Positions 34,635 through 48,398 of a DNA stretch of 64,000 nucleotides are shown one piece after another (the stretch's first letter is position 1; each line of letters opens with the position of its first letter). The notes under the pieces were generated by a model, which ran no database searches, was not told the origin of the DNA, and was given only the letters and a program-made list of their open reading frames with translations. A program made the translations under genes and the position numbers. Origin of the DNA: Gammaproteobacteria bacterium (GTDB lineage Bacteria > Pseudomonadota > Gammaproteobacteria > Burkholderiales > Thiobacillaceae); NCBI GenBank assembly GCA_018820765.1, contig JAHJNN010000010.1, positions 14,183 to 78,182 of the forward strand. The letters run 5' to 3'.

Positions 34635-35596
34635 TGATCGAACGTCCCGGTGTCGGCAAAGCGGTCGCAGGCGGCAACCAGCTCGCGTGCGATGCCCGGC
34701 TCGAATGCCGAATGGCCGGCGTCGGGCACGATCACATAGCGCGCCTCGGGCCAGGCGCGGGCCAGTTCGTCGGCCGACACGATGGGACAGACGGCGTCGT
34801 AACGCCCCTGCACGATGATGGCGGGAATGCTGCGGACGCGGTCGACGTTGGCGAGCAGGCTGTTGTCGGGCAGGAAGATGCGATTGACGAAATAGTGCGC
34901 CTCGATGCGCGACAGCGACAAAGCGGTCTGTTCGCTGCCGAACGCGGCGACGAGTTCGGGGCTCGGCAGCAGGGTCGAGCACGACGCTTCGAAGGTTGCC
35001 CACCGATAGGCCGCAGGCTGGTGCACCGCCGGGTCGGGATCGATCAGGCGGCGGTGATAGGCGTCGAGCAGGTCGAGGCGTTCGTCTTGCGGGATGAATT
35101 CCGCCAGTTGCCGCTGCGCTTCGGGAAAGAAGGCGCGGATGCCGTCGAGAAACCAGTCGATTTCGCTTGGGCGGCACAGGAAAATGCCGCGCAGCACCAG
35201 GCCGCTGCAGCGGTCGGGGTGGGCCTCGGCGTAGGCCAGCGCCAGGGTCGAGCCCCACGAGCCGCCGAACACCAGCCAGGAATCGATACCGAGTTCGCGC
35301 CGCAGCGCTTCCATGTCGGCGATCAGGTGCGGCGTGGTGTTGTCGGCGAGTTCGCCGTGCGGGGTCGAGCGGCCGCTGCCGCGCTGGTCGAACAACACGA
35401 TGCGGTAGCGCGCCGGATCGTAGAAGCGCCGCTGCGTGGGCGAGGTGCCGGAGCCGGGCCCGCCGTGCACGAACAGCACCGGGATGCCCGCCGGATTGCC
35501 GGAGGTTTCCCAGTAGATGCGATGAATGCCCGCCGTTTCCAGCATGCCGCTGGCGTAGGGGGAAAGGGGCGGATAGAGCGGATCGAGGTTGGGCAT
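34631..35596 (-). CDS. pip: Prolyl aminopeptidase (proline iminopeptidase)
   Basis: VLFVHGGPGSG, LFDQRGSGRS, FGGSWGSTLALAYA (GxSxG). Confidence 0.88.
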   Translation of the reverse strand: MPNLDPLYPPLSPYASGMLETAGIHRIYWETSGNPAGIPVLFVHGGPGSGTSPTQRRFYDPARYRIVLFDQRGSGRSTPHGELADNTTPHLIADMEALRRELGIDSWLVFGGSWGSTLALAYAEAHPDRCSGLVLRGIFLCRPSEIDWFLDGIRAFFPEAQRQLAEFIPQDERLDLLDAYHRRLIDPDPAVHQPAAYRWATFEASCSTLLPSPELVAAFGSEQTALSLSRIEAHYFVNRIFLPDNSLLANVDRVRSIPAIIVQGRYDAVCPIVSADELARAWPEARYVIVPDAGHSAFEPGIARELVAACDRFADTGTFDQ

Positions 35597-35817
35597 GGGA
35601 GCGTTTGGGGTCGCGAGCCCGCCATCATATCGTCTGGCCCGCCTAGCATGAACCCGCAGGATACGGCAGAGGCCAGTATCGACAGCCGGCGGCGGGAACC
35701 GTATGCTTCCGGTGCGAGTGAAATTTGCCGGCGGCTGATCCTGCGGTCCGGATTTCACGAGCGAAAAACCAACGGCTGCTGCCGTTACAACCATAAATCA
35801 TAAGAGGGGGTCGTACC

Positions 35818-36207
35818 ATGAGTCATGTTGTCAAAGTTGCCCTGCTGGGGCTGGGCGAGGTCGGTGAAAAATTTGCGGAGCATTTTCTGGAGAAGATCCA
35901 GGAAGAAGGCGTCAACGTGGAGATCGTTGCCGTAGCGCACCGCAATCTGGAGTCGCCTGTTGCACTGGGCTTCGCCCACAGCAAGGTGCCGGTGTTCAAG
36001 GATGCGATGGACGTGGTGTCGATGGGCGCGAAAGTCGACATCATTTTCGACCTGACCGGCGATTCCGAATTGCGCAAGAAACTCCGGGTGGCGCTGCAGG
36101 AGACCCATAACCAGCACACCGTGATTGCCCCAGAAGTGGTGGCCCATCTGCTGTGGAACTTCTTTGGCGAAGGCGAATTGCCGCGCAGCAGCCAGACGGG
36201 CTATTGA
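35818..36207 (+). CDS. Stand-alone Rossmann-like (homoserine-dehydrogenase-type NAD-binding) domain protein, 129 aa
   Basis: VKVALLGLGEVGEKF (GxGxxG) followed by VEIVAVAHRN. No catalytic domain. Confidence 0.5.
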   Translation: MSHVVKVALLGLGEVGEKFAEHFLEKIQEEGVNVEIVAVAHRNLESPVALGFAHSKVPVFKDAMDVVSMGAKVDIIFDLTGDSELRKKLRVALQETHNQHTVIAPEVVAHLLWNFFGEGELPRSSQTGY

Positions 36208-36274
36208 TGCATGGGCGGGCTGCCGGTTGGGATGACCGGCGAGCCAGGCCTGATGCGCAGCTCACTGAATTGAC

Positions 36275-37375
36275 ATGACTTCCCCCTTCAAGTTTGCCCA
36301 CGCCGCAGACGCCGACTGGACCCATGCCGCGCAGGCCTGCATGAATCAGCTGGGTGCGATCCCGGCAGGGGCGACGCTGGGTTTTCTGTATGTGTCCGAT
36401 GCGTTCGCGGGCGAGCTCGATGCGATTCTGGCCTTTTTCAGAAGCGCGACCGCGGTGCCGCACTGGACGGGCAGCGTCGGCGTGGGGGTGTGCGCCACCG
36501 GCGTGGAGTATCTGGAAACGCCGGCGCTGGCGGTGATGCTGGGCGAATTCGATGCCGCCGATTTCAGCATGCTGCCGGTGCTGCGTTCGACGCAGGACAT
36601 CGAGACGCAGCCGGCGAACGCCTATTTCGCGATTGTCCATGGCGATCCGGCGAACAGCCGCATCCAGGAATTGATCGAGGGCCTGTCCGCGCATGTGTCG
36701 AGCGGCTTCGTCGTCGGCGGCTTGTCGAGTTCGCGCGGCGAGACCGCGCAGATCAGCGATGGCGTGGTGAGCGGCGGGCTGTCCGGTGTGCTATTGAGCG
36801 AGCGGGTGAAGCTGGCGACGCGGCTGACGCAGGGCGTCTCCCCGCTGGGGCCGCGTCACCGCATCACCAACGCCAACAAGAACGTCATCGGCAGCCTCGA
36901 TCACCGTCCTGCGCTGGACGTGATGAAAGAAGAAATCGGCGAAGTGCTGGCGCGTGACCTGCGGCGGGCGGCGGGCTATATTTTTGTCGGCCTGCCGGTG
37001 CGCGGCTCGGACACCGGCGACTATCTGGTGCGCAATATTCTGGGCGTCGATCCGCAGAACGACCTGGTGGCGATCGGCGAGGTCATCGCGCCGGGAGACG
37101 AGATGCTGTTCTGCCGGCGCGACCAGCAAAGCGCCGAAGACGACCTGCAACGGATGCTCGCCGCGATCGGCGCGCAACTGAACGCGCCGATCCGGGGCGG
37201 CGTGTATTATTCCTGTCTGGGACGCGGCGAGCACATGTTCGGCGCCCCCAATCGCGAACTGGGACTGATTCGCGACGCCCTGGGCGATTTCCCGCTGGTG
37301 GGGTTTTTCGCCAATGGCGAAATTTCCCATAATCGCCTATATGGCTACACCGGGGTGTTGACCCTGTTTGGCTGA
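36275..37375 (+). CDS. FIST-domain sensory protein (FIST_N + FIST_C)
   Basis: 366 aa. The overall pattern LGFLYVSDAFAGELDAI...GFFANGEISHNRLYGYTGVLTLFG is typical of FIST proteins. Confidence 0.6.
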   Translation: MTSPFKFAHAADADWTHAAQACMNQLGAIPAGATLGFLYVSDAFAGELDAILAFFRSATAVPHWTGSVGVGVCATGVEYLETPALAVMLGEFDAADFSMLPVLRSTQDIETQPANAYFAIVHGDPANSRIQELIEGLSAHVSSGFVVGGLSSSRGETAQISDGVVSGGLSGVLLSERVKLATRLTQGVSPLGPRHRITNANKNVIGSLDHRPALDVMKEEIGEVLARDLRRAAGYIFVGLPVRGSDTGDYLVRNILGVDPQNDLVAIGEVIAPGDEMLFCRRDQQSAEDDLQRMLAAIGAQLNAPIRGGVYYSCLGRGEHMFGAPNRELGLIRDALGDFPLVGFFANGEISHNRLYGYTGVLTLFG

Positions 37376-37394
37376 TCAGAATGAGGATACAAAC

Positions 37395-37658
37395 ATGACC
37401 GTGCACGCCATGAAGGAAAATGAAGTCCGTCTGTTGCGCGACGAAATCGAAATGCTGATGAGCGAACGCCGCCAGTTACTGCAGGTGACGGGGGCGGCGG
37501 CAGTATTCGTCGCCAATCTCGACACCGACAGCCTGCCCGACGAGGCCGACACCATCGACGCGGCCGAAATGCTGGCCGAACAGCTCAACGGGCTGTCCGA
37601 AGAAACCCTCAAGGACGCGCTGGAGTCGGTGCGTGCTCAACTCGACCCTTCGCAATAA
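37395..37658 (+). CDS. Hypothetical small acidic protein (87 aa)
   Basis: GAGGA lies 6-7 nt upstream of the ATG at 37395. Predicted coiled coil plus an acidic tail. No family recognised. Confidence 0.45.
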   Translation: MTVHAMKENEVRLLRDEIEMLMSERRQLLQVTGAAAVFVANLDTDSLPDEADTIDAAEMLAEQLNGLSEETLKDALESVRAQLDPSQ

Positions 37659-37678
37659 GCTCGACCCTTCGCAATAAG
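37641..37678. repeat. Perfect 19-bp tandem duplication spanning the stop codon of the 87-aa gene
   Basis: ctcgacccttcgcaataag occurs twice (37641-37659 and 37660-37678). Confidence 0.9.
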
Positions 37679-37690
37679 CCGGACACCCTC

Positions 37691-39901
37691 TTGGTCCCGT
37701 TGCCGCTGCCCGATTCCGCTGCAATCCGGCGCTTCGCGCTGGTTGCCGGGTTGACGGCGCTGGCCTACGCGCTGGCCGGGTGGCTCAGCCTCAAACTCTC
37801 GACCTATATTGCCGGTTCGGTTGCCGCCCTCTGGCTGGCGGCGGGCATCGGTGCGGCAGCGAGCCTGCGTTTCGGCGCGGCCGGAGTGGTGGGCGTATTG
37901 CTGGGCTCGTTACTGGTCAACAGCCAGATCCTGCCGGTGCAGGACGCATTCCGTTTCGCGCTCGGCGCGGCAGCCGGGGCCTGGGTGATGGGCACCCTGC
38001 CGCACTATCTCCAGCCGTTCAGCGCGGCCCTCGATTATGTGTCCAGCGTGGCCAAGTTTGCCCTGGTCGCGGCGCCGCTCGGGTGTGCGGTCAGCGCGCT
38101 GACGGGCGTGTTCAGCCTGTATTTCTTCGGCAACCTGCCTGCCGGCATGGTGTTGCAGGGCTTGTGGGTGTGGTGGCTGGGCGATCTGCTGGGAGTGTTC
38201 CTGATTTCGCCCCTGCTGCTGACAACCTCGCGCTGGGACTTGCTGCCGACCAACCGCGCGGCACGGCTGGAAGGCCTGGTTCTGGTGCTGGGCATGATGG
38301 CGCTGACGCTGGCGATGATGTATCACGTCGATCCCCTGCGTCCCGCCGAAATCGTTCTGTTCGTGATGGTGCCGGCGGTGCTGTGGGCGGCATTGCGGTT
38401 TTCGGTGGCCGGGGCGAGCCTGGCCATTTTTCTGGCGGCCATCATCGTGATGGGCGTGGCGGTGGTGTCCTATGGGGGCATTACCAGCACCACCACCCCG
38501 CGCGAAGTGTTTGCGCTGCAGATCAGCATGATCACCATGGCGCTGGGCGGCCTGTTCGTGTCGGCCGCGCTGGCCGAGCGCCGCTATTCCGAAATGCGGC
38601 TGGACATGCTGGCCAATCACGATCCGCTGACCGGCTTGCCCAACCGCACGTATTTCCAGGATTTCCTCGGTCACGCGCTGGCGCGCGCGCAGCGCGAGAA
38701 ATCCCAGGTTTCGCTGCTGTTCATCGATCTGGACCGCTTCAAGCACATCAACGATTCGCAGGGGCATGACGTCGGCGATCAGGTGCTGTGCATCGTCTCC
38801 AACCGGCTGGACGAACAGCTGCGTGCTGACGATTTCGTCGCCCGCCTGGGCGGCGATGAATTCGCCGTCATCCTGACCCATCCGCCGGCTTCGCGCGCCG
38901 CCAGCCGGGTGGCGCGCAAGCTGATCCAGGGGCTGGCCGAACCCTTCAAGCTGGGGCAGCGGCGTTACGCCATCGGCGCCAGCGTCGGCATCAGCGTGTA
39001 TCCGGACGACGGGCTCGACGCCAACACCCTGTTGCGCCAGGCCGACCTGGCGATGTATCAGGCGAAGCAGCGCCGCAGCGGATTTGAATATTTCAGCGAC
39101 GAACTGAATACCGTGGCGCAGCAGCAGTTGAGCCTGGAAACCGGTCTGCGCCAGGCGCTCGGCCGCAATGAACTGGTGCTGGTGTACCAGCCCAAGGTCG
39201 ATCTCATCAGTGGCCGCATGGTGGGGATGGAGGCCCTGGTGCGCTGGCTGACCCGCTCGGGCGGCATTATCTGGCCCGATCAGTTCATCCCGGTGGCGGA
39301 AGAAACCGGCCTCATCATGCCGCTGGGGCGCTGGGTGACGCGGGCCGCCTGCGAGCAGTGGATCGCCTGGCGCGACGCCGGATTCGAGCCGCCGCCGATT
39401 GCCATCAATCTGTCGCCGCGCCAGTTCTCCGATGCGCGGCTGATCGACGATATCGACGACATTCTGAAGGACACCGGCATGGATGCCGCCTACCTGCAGA
39501 TCGAGGTGACCGAGAGCGCGGCGATGGAGAATCCCGCGCGCACGTTCGATATGCTCGATGCCCTGCGTCAGCGCGGCCTGCACATTTTCATCGACGATTT
39601 CGGAACCGGGCATTCCAACCTGGGCCAGCTGAAACGGATGCCGATCGACGCCCTGAAAATCGACAAGAGCTTTGTCGACGACGTCCTGACCGACAACGAC
39701 GATGCCGAGATTGCCATTGCCATCATTCGCCTCGCGCACGCCCTGAATCTTCGGGTGGTGGCCGAGGGTGTGGAATCGGTGGAGCAGGTTGCATTTCTGA
39801 AGCAGAACGGCTGCGACGAAATCCAGGGATACGTCGTCGCCAAACCCCTGACGCCGAGCAAGGTCAGCGAGTTGTTCTCACAGACGTTCGCCCACGCTTG
39901 A
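37691..39901 (+). CDS. MASE1-GGDEF-EAL membrane c-di-GMP turnover protein
   Basis: Multi-TM N-terminus, RLGGDEFAV (intact GGDEF), MEALVRW (EAL), DDFGTGHSNL, QGY. TTG start at 37691, uncertain. Confidence 0.85.
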   Translation: MVPLPLPDSAAIRRFALVAGLTALAYALAGWLSLKLSTYIAGSVAALWLAAGIGAAASLRFGAAGVVGVLLGSLLVNSQILPVQDAFRFALGAAAGAWVMGTLPHYLQPFSAALDYVSSVAKFALVAAPLGCAVSALTGVFSLYFFGNLPAGMVLQGLWVWWLGDLLGVFLISPLLLTTSRWDLLPTNRAARLEGLVLVLGMMALTLAMMYHVDPLRPAEIVLFVMVPAVLWAALRFSVAGASLAIFLAAIIVMGVAVVSYGGITSTTTPREVFALQISMITMALGGLFVSAALAERRYSEMRLDMLANHDPLTGLPNRTYFQDFLGHALARAQREKSQVSLLFIDLDRFKHINDSQGHDVGDQVLCIVSNRLDEQLRADDFVARLGGDEFAVILTHPPASRAASRVARKLIQGLAEPFKLGQRRYAIGASVGISVYPDDGLDANTLLRQADLAMYQAKQRRSGFEYFSDELNTVAQQQLSLETGLRQALGRNELVLVYQPKVDLISGRMVGMEALVRWLTRSGGIIWPDQFIPVAEETGLIMPLGRWVTRAACEQWIAWRDAGFEPPPIAINLSPRQFSDARLIDDIDDILKDTGMDAAYLQIEVTESAAMENPARTFDMLDALRQRGLHIFIDDFGTGHSNLGQLKRMPIDALKIDKSFVDDVLTDNDDAEIAIAIIRLAHALNLRVVAEGVESVEQVAFLKQNGCDEIQGYVVAKPLTPSKVSELFSQTFAHA

Positions 39902-40151
39902 AGGCCCACATCTTCAAATTGGCGTGAAGCGCAGCCGGGCGCAGTTTCTGCCGACCGGGCATAGTTCGCCGCCAGGATTCGGGCGCTGCACCCACCGCGT
40001 AGCGGGTCTTTTATTGGGATCGACGCTTTGCACGGCCGTCCCGCTGCCGTGCTTTGCCGAGGGCCGGATGTTCTGGAATCGATACGCTGGCGTTTCACGC
40101 GGCCAGGGCTAGACTTCAGTCATTCTCGTTTCTACCCGGTCGGGTGAAATC

Positions 40152-41536
<1,385 letters not shown>

Positions 41537-41546
<10 letters not shown>

Positions 41547-43465
41547 GCACGGCGGGCCACATCGATCACGGCAAGACCACGCTGGTGAAAGCGCTCACCG
41601 GCGTGGATGCCGATCGTCTGCCCGAGGAGAAGTCGCGCGGTATCACCCTCGACCTCGGCTACGCCTACGCACCGCTCCCCGATGGTTCGGTGCTCGGCTT
41701 CGTCGACGTGCCGGGGCACGAAAAACTGATCCACAACATGCTCGCCGGCGCGACCGGCATCGACTTCGTCCTGCTGGTGATCGCCGCCGACGACGGGCCG
41801 ATGCCGCAGACGCGCGAACATCTCGAACTGCTCGACATCCTGGGCCTGACGCGCGGGGCGATTGCGCTGACCAAGATCGACGTCGTCCCGCCGCAGCGGC
41901 TCGACGAGGCCCGGCAGGAAGTCGAATCGCTCATCGCCGGCACGGGGCTCTCCGGCAGCCCGGTGTTCCCCTTGTCGGGCCGGTCGGGAGAAGGAGTCGC
42001 CGCGCTGCGCGCACATCTGGAGGCCGCGGCCGCCTCGATGCATCAGCGCTCGGCGGCGGGCCGTTTCCGGCTCGCCATCGACCGCTGCTTCTCGCTCACC
42101 GGCATCGGCACGGTCGTCACCGGCACCGCGCACTCCGGAACCATTGGCGTCGGCGAGTCGGCCGTCATTTCGCCGCCCGCCCTGAAAGCTCGGGTGCGCG
42201 GCCTGCACGTGCAGGACCGACCGGCTGAAAGCGGCCAGGCGGGCGAGCGCATCGCGCTCGCCTTGACGGGGGACTTCGAAAAAAAGGACATCGCGCGCGG
42301 CATGTGGATGGTCGATCCGGCGCTCGCCCTTCCGCTCACCCGCTTTCACGGCGAATTGCGCGTCCCCGCCGGCCAGAAGCCCTTGGCGCACCTGCAGACC
42401 GTGCACGTGCACCTCGGCACCGAGGACATCCTCGGGCGGGTTGCGCTGCTCGACTGCCAGGAAGCTGAGGCGGGCAGCACGGCGCTGGCCGAGATCCTGC
42501 TCGAACGCGAAACGCTGGCGCTGCGCGGCGACCGCTTCATCCTGCGCGATGCCGGTGCGCAGCGCACGGTCGCCGGCGGCCGCGTGCTCGACATCTTCCC
42601 GCCCGTCCGTCACAAGCGTGCGCCGCAGCGGCTGGCCCTGCTCGACGCGATGCGCGACGACGACCCGGCCGTCACCCTCGGCTTGCTGGCCGAGCAGGCA
42701 CCGGCCGGCATCGACCTCGACCGCTTTGCCGTGAGCTGGAACCTCACGCAAGCCGCTGCCGAATTGCTGTGGCAGCACGCCAGCCTGCGCGTGATCCGCG
42801 ACGGCAACGCATCGCTCGGATTCACGACTGCAGCCTGGGCAACACTCGAAGCCAAACTGCTCGACGCCCTCGGCCGCGAACACGAGCGCGCCCCCGACAT
42901 GATCGGCGTCGAACGCGAACGCCTGCGCCGCATGACCGCAGCCCATCTGCCGCGCCCCGCTTTCGATGCACTCGCCAGTGAACTGCTGGCGGCAGGCCGC
43001 ATCGCGCAGACCCGTGCCTGGCTGCACCTGCCGTCACACCGCGCCAGCGTGACCGCTACAGACCGCGACCTCTTCGCCGTGCTGAAGCCGCTGCTCGATG
43101 CCGCGCCTTACAACCCGCCGCGGGTGCGCGATGTCTACAAAGCAACGGGCACGCCGGAGGAAACGGTGCGCCAGTTGTTCAAGCGCCTTGCGCGTGCCGG
43201 CGAGCTCTACCCCGTCGCCCACGATCACTATTACACTGCCACCGCCGTTGCCGCGCTCGCCGGCATCGTCCGCACACTCAACGATGAGCACGGCGTAGCG
43301 CGTGCCGCCGCATTGCGCGACATCATTTTTGGCGATGGCGGCGGCGGCCGCAAAGTGGCGGTCCAGATTCTCGAGTTCTTCGATCGCATCGGCTACACTC
43401 GCCGCGTCCGAGACGACCACGTGCTGCGGCGCGACGGAAGCACGCACGACTGGACACCCTCATGA
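41537..43465 (+). CDS. selB: Selenocysteine-specific elongation factor
   Basis: [28 protein letters not shown], and C-terminal winged-helix repeats. Overlaps selA by 10 nt. Confidence 0.92.
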
Positions 43466-43469
43466 ACAT

Positions 43470-43562
43470 GGAAGAGATCGTTCCCCGGTGGGGCACCCGG
43501 TCTTCAAAACCGGGAGGGGCCGCCATGCGGTCCCTGGTAGGTTCGACTCCTGCTCTCTTCCG
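43470..43562 (+). tRNA. selC: tRNA-Sec (anticodon UCA)
   Basis: GGAAGAGA...TCTCTTCC forms an 8-bp acceptor stem. Anticodon loop CTTCAAA, a long variable arm, and T-loop GGTTCGACTCC. CCA is not fully encoded. Confidence 0.9.
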
Positions 43563-43823
43563 CCGATTTACTGCCACGAAAACGATTTTCCGCGGTTCGA
43601 TTGGCGCGCAGGGGCGGCACTCAGTTGCGAGTATCCGTATGGCTTGCATTCAATATGGTCAGGGGTGAGCCGCTGCTGCTTCGTGTTCGCAAACATGCGT
43701 ATTGCCGCCGCGGTTGCGCATGTGTTCGCCCAGCTGGACGAACTGCCCGAACAGGGCGTCCCGCAGGGGCACCTCCTCCCCATTTCCTCAGCTTGGCATC
43801 AGCGAACGCACCCTCTATCGCAA

Positions 43824-43847
43824 ACTGGCCGGGTAAACCCGGCCAGT
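43824..43847 (-). terminator. Hairpin downstream of the cytochrome/membrane operon
   Basis: actggccggg-taaa-cccggccagt. Only a short U-run on the minus strand. Confidence 0.45.
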
Positions 43848-43875
43848 CTTGTGCTGCGGAGGCTTGCGCGCCCGG

Positions 43876-44658
43876 TCAGTCCTTGCTGCGGCCGATGACG
43901 GGCAGGACGCCGCCGCATTCCTCGATGTCGGCCGGCAGTTTGTAGAACCACATCTGCCACATCGAGACGATCCACTGCACCGCGAACGAAAGTCCCATCA
44001 GGGCTCCGCTGGCGATGATGAACCAGGCGAATCCGGGGATCCATTTGGTCAGGTACCAGGAGAAGATGTCGGTGAGGATGGTCAGGAAGGGCAGCACGAT
44101 GATCACGCATTTCAGCCACAGCGGACGCATGTAGGCGTGGGTGAAGATGCTGCTGACGATGAAGAAGATGAAGGTGATGCCGAACAGGTGGATATGCGAT
44201 ACGCGAACCAGGGTGGGGATGGTTGCGCCTGTATCCCTGGCCACGACTTTCGAGACTTCCTCGAAACTGGTCAGCTGGGGAATATGCGGGTTGCTGCCGT
44301 CGTGGCAGGCCAGGCAGCGTTCTCCGATGATGGGTTTGACATCAGCTTCATAGGTATCCTGCTTGGCGCCCGTTTCGACCCACTTGAAAATCACCGCCCG
44401 TTCCGCCTCGGGCAGCATCCCCGCCATCGGGCCTTTCAGCGCGGTGACCAGGCGCGTGTCGTTTTCGCTGCCGTGATAGGCAATGCGAATATCCTGGGCG
44501 GAAATGTTCTTGGGATTACCGTCCAGCCCTGCGTGGCTGAAAAACACCTGCAGCATGGCGAACAGATAACCCGTACCCAGCACCAGCAACGTCATGGTGT
44601 AGACCATGCGCGTCGACATCGGCAGGGCGCTGAAATGGAAAAAGCCGCGATTGCTCAT
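43876..44658 (-). CDS. Integral membrane protein with a periplasmic mono-heme c (PSCyt1-like) loop
   Basis: 260 aa. TM1, then VKPIIGERCLACHDG (CxxCH), then three further TM helices with SHIHLFG. GGAG lies 9 nt upstream of the ATG. Confidence 0.65.
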   Translation of the reverse strand: MSNRGFFHFSALPMSTRMVYTMTLLVLGTGYLFAMLQVFFSHAGLDGNPKNISAQDIRIAYHGSENDTRLVTALKGPMAGMLPEAERAVIFKWVETGAKQDTYEADVKPIIGERCLACHDGSNPHIPQLTSFEEVSKVVARDTGATIPTLVRVSHIHLFGITFIFFIVSSIFTHAYMRPLWLKCVIIVLPFLTILTDIFSWYLTKWIPGFAWFIIASGALMGLSFAVQWIVSMWQMWFYKLPADIEECGGVLPVIGRSKD

Positions 44659-44681
44659 TGGGTTTGCTCCACGTGAGGGAT

Positions 44682-45056
44682 TCAGTACTTCGCGCCCTGA
44701 TCGATCCAGGCGGCGATGGTGGCCACGTCCGCATCGGGCAAAGCGGCCGAGCCGTGCGGCATCCGGATCGAGGGGTCGGCCTGGCCGGATACCAGGCGGT
44801 AGAGGGTGCTGCTCACGCTGGAGCCGGGGACCACCACCGCGCCGAACTTGGTGCCCTTCATCAACGCTTCATGACTGTCCAGGCGCAGGCCGGATTTTTC
44901 GTAGCCCGGGCCGCCGGGCACATGACACGACACGCACTTGGTATCCAGGATCGGCTTGATGTCGGCCTGGTAGCTCAGGGCCTTGTCGCCGCAGCCGGTT
45001 TGCAGTGCGGCCACAGCCAGGGCGGAGAGGGTGATCAATACAGCGCGTTTCGTCAT
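44682..45056 (-). CDS. Small exported (possibly lipo-) mono-heme cytochrome c, planctomycete-type (PSCyt1-like) domain
   Basis: MTKRAVLITLSALAVAALQTGC signal, IKPILDTKCVSCHVPGG, RMPHG...AAWIDQGA. Confidence 0.7.
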   Translation of the reverse strand: MTKRAVLITLSALAVAALQTGCGDKALSYQADIKPILDTKCVSCHVPGGPGYEKSGLRLDSHEALMKGTKFGAVVVPGSSVSSTLYRLVSGQADPSIRMPHGSAALPDADVATIAAWIDQGAKY

Positions 45057-45269
45057 GAAGGGCTCCCGTGTAATGAGTATTTAAGGCAATGCTAATGTAT
45101 GGGCCAGGTCAAATACAAGAGTTAAAGGTATTTTTAGTATCTTTAGCCTGGGCAATGTGGATTTCGAACCACACGCGTCAGGCCTCGGATTTTTTATTCG
45201 GCCCACCGGGCTAGTGTAGCAACGATCCGCGCCGCGTCCACAGATTGAACGCGGGGTGGACCGACGAAC

Positions 45270-47951
<2,682 letters not shown>

Positions 47952-48007
47952 TGAAAGTGGAAAACTGGCCGGGGCTGATTTTACCGGAAGCGCATCAGGG
48001 GCTTGCC

Positions 48008-48358
48008 TTACAGACGGATGCCGAACAGGGCGAGCAGCTTGATCGTGCCCAGGTAGGCCAGCGCGGTGGCGGCACTGGAAACAGCGAGGCTGAGCCAGAA
48101 ACCCACGCCGCTGCGCAGCAGCAGCGGCAGCAGCACGAACAGCAGCAGCGAGGGCAGCACCAGCCAGAAGATGCCGCTGGAGAGCGCGGCGACCTTCTGC
48201 ACGTCGCCGGTGTCGAGATACAGCCAGACGAATGCCAGCAGCGAGGTGAGCGGCAAGGACGCCAGCGCCGCCGCCCAGAACGTGCTGCGCTTGGCCACTT
48301 CGGCAATGGCGACGAGGATCAGCGCAGACAGGATGATCTTGAGCGCGTATTGCCCCAT
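48008..48358 (-). CDS. DUF3147 family membrane protein
   Basis: 116 aa with 4 TM segments: [25 protein letters not shown]. Confidence 0.6.
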   Translation of the reverse strand: MGQYALKIILSALILVAIAEVAKRSTFWAAALASLPLTSLLAFVWLYLDTGDVQKVAALSSGIFWLVLPSLLLFVLLPLLLRSGVGFWLSLAVSSAATALAYLGTIKLLALFGIRL

Positions 48359-48398
48359 GGCTGTGGATTCAGCTTTCGCGCCGCATCTGCGGGCTCAT

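Noticed and set aside
43302-43898. 198-aa ORF running through the selB 3' end, selC and the downstream spacer.
   Set aside because: It overlaps a well-supported tRNA-Sec and the selB coding region in another frame, and its sequence is low in complexity. It is spurious.
45150-45190. tRNA-like T-arm fragment (tgtgg-atttcgaa-ccaca) between the cytochrome c gene and acnA; considered as a possible island att remnant.
   Set aside because: The loop is 8 nt. No matching anticodon or D arm is present, and there is no similarity to the selC 3' end that would make it a direct repeat. It cannot be supported as a tRNA or an att site.
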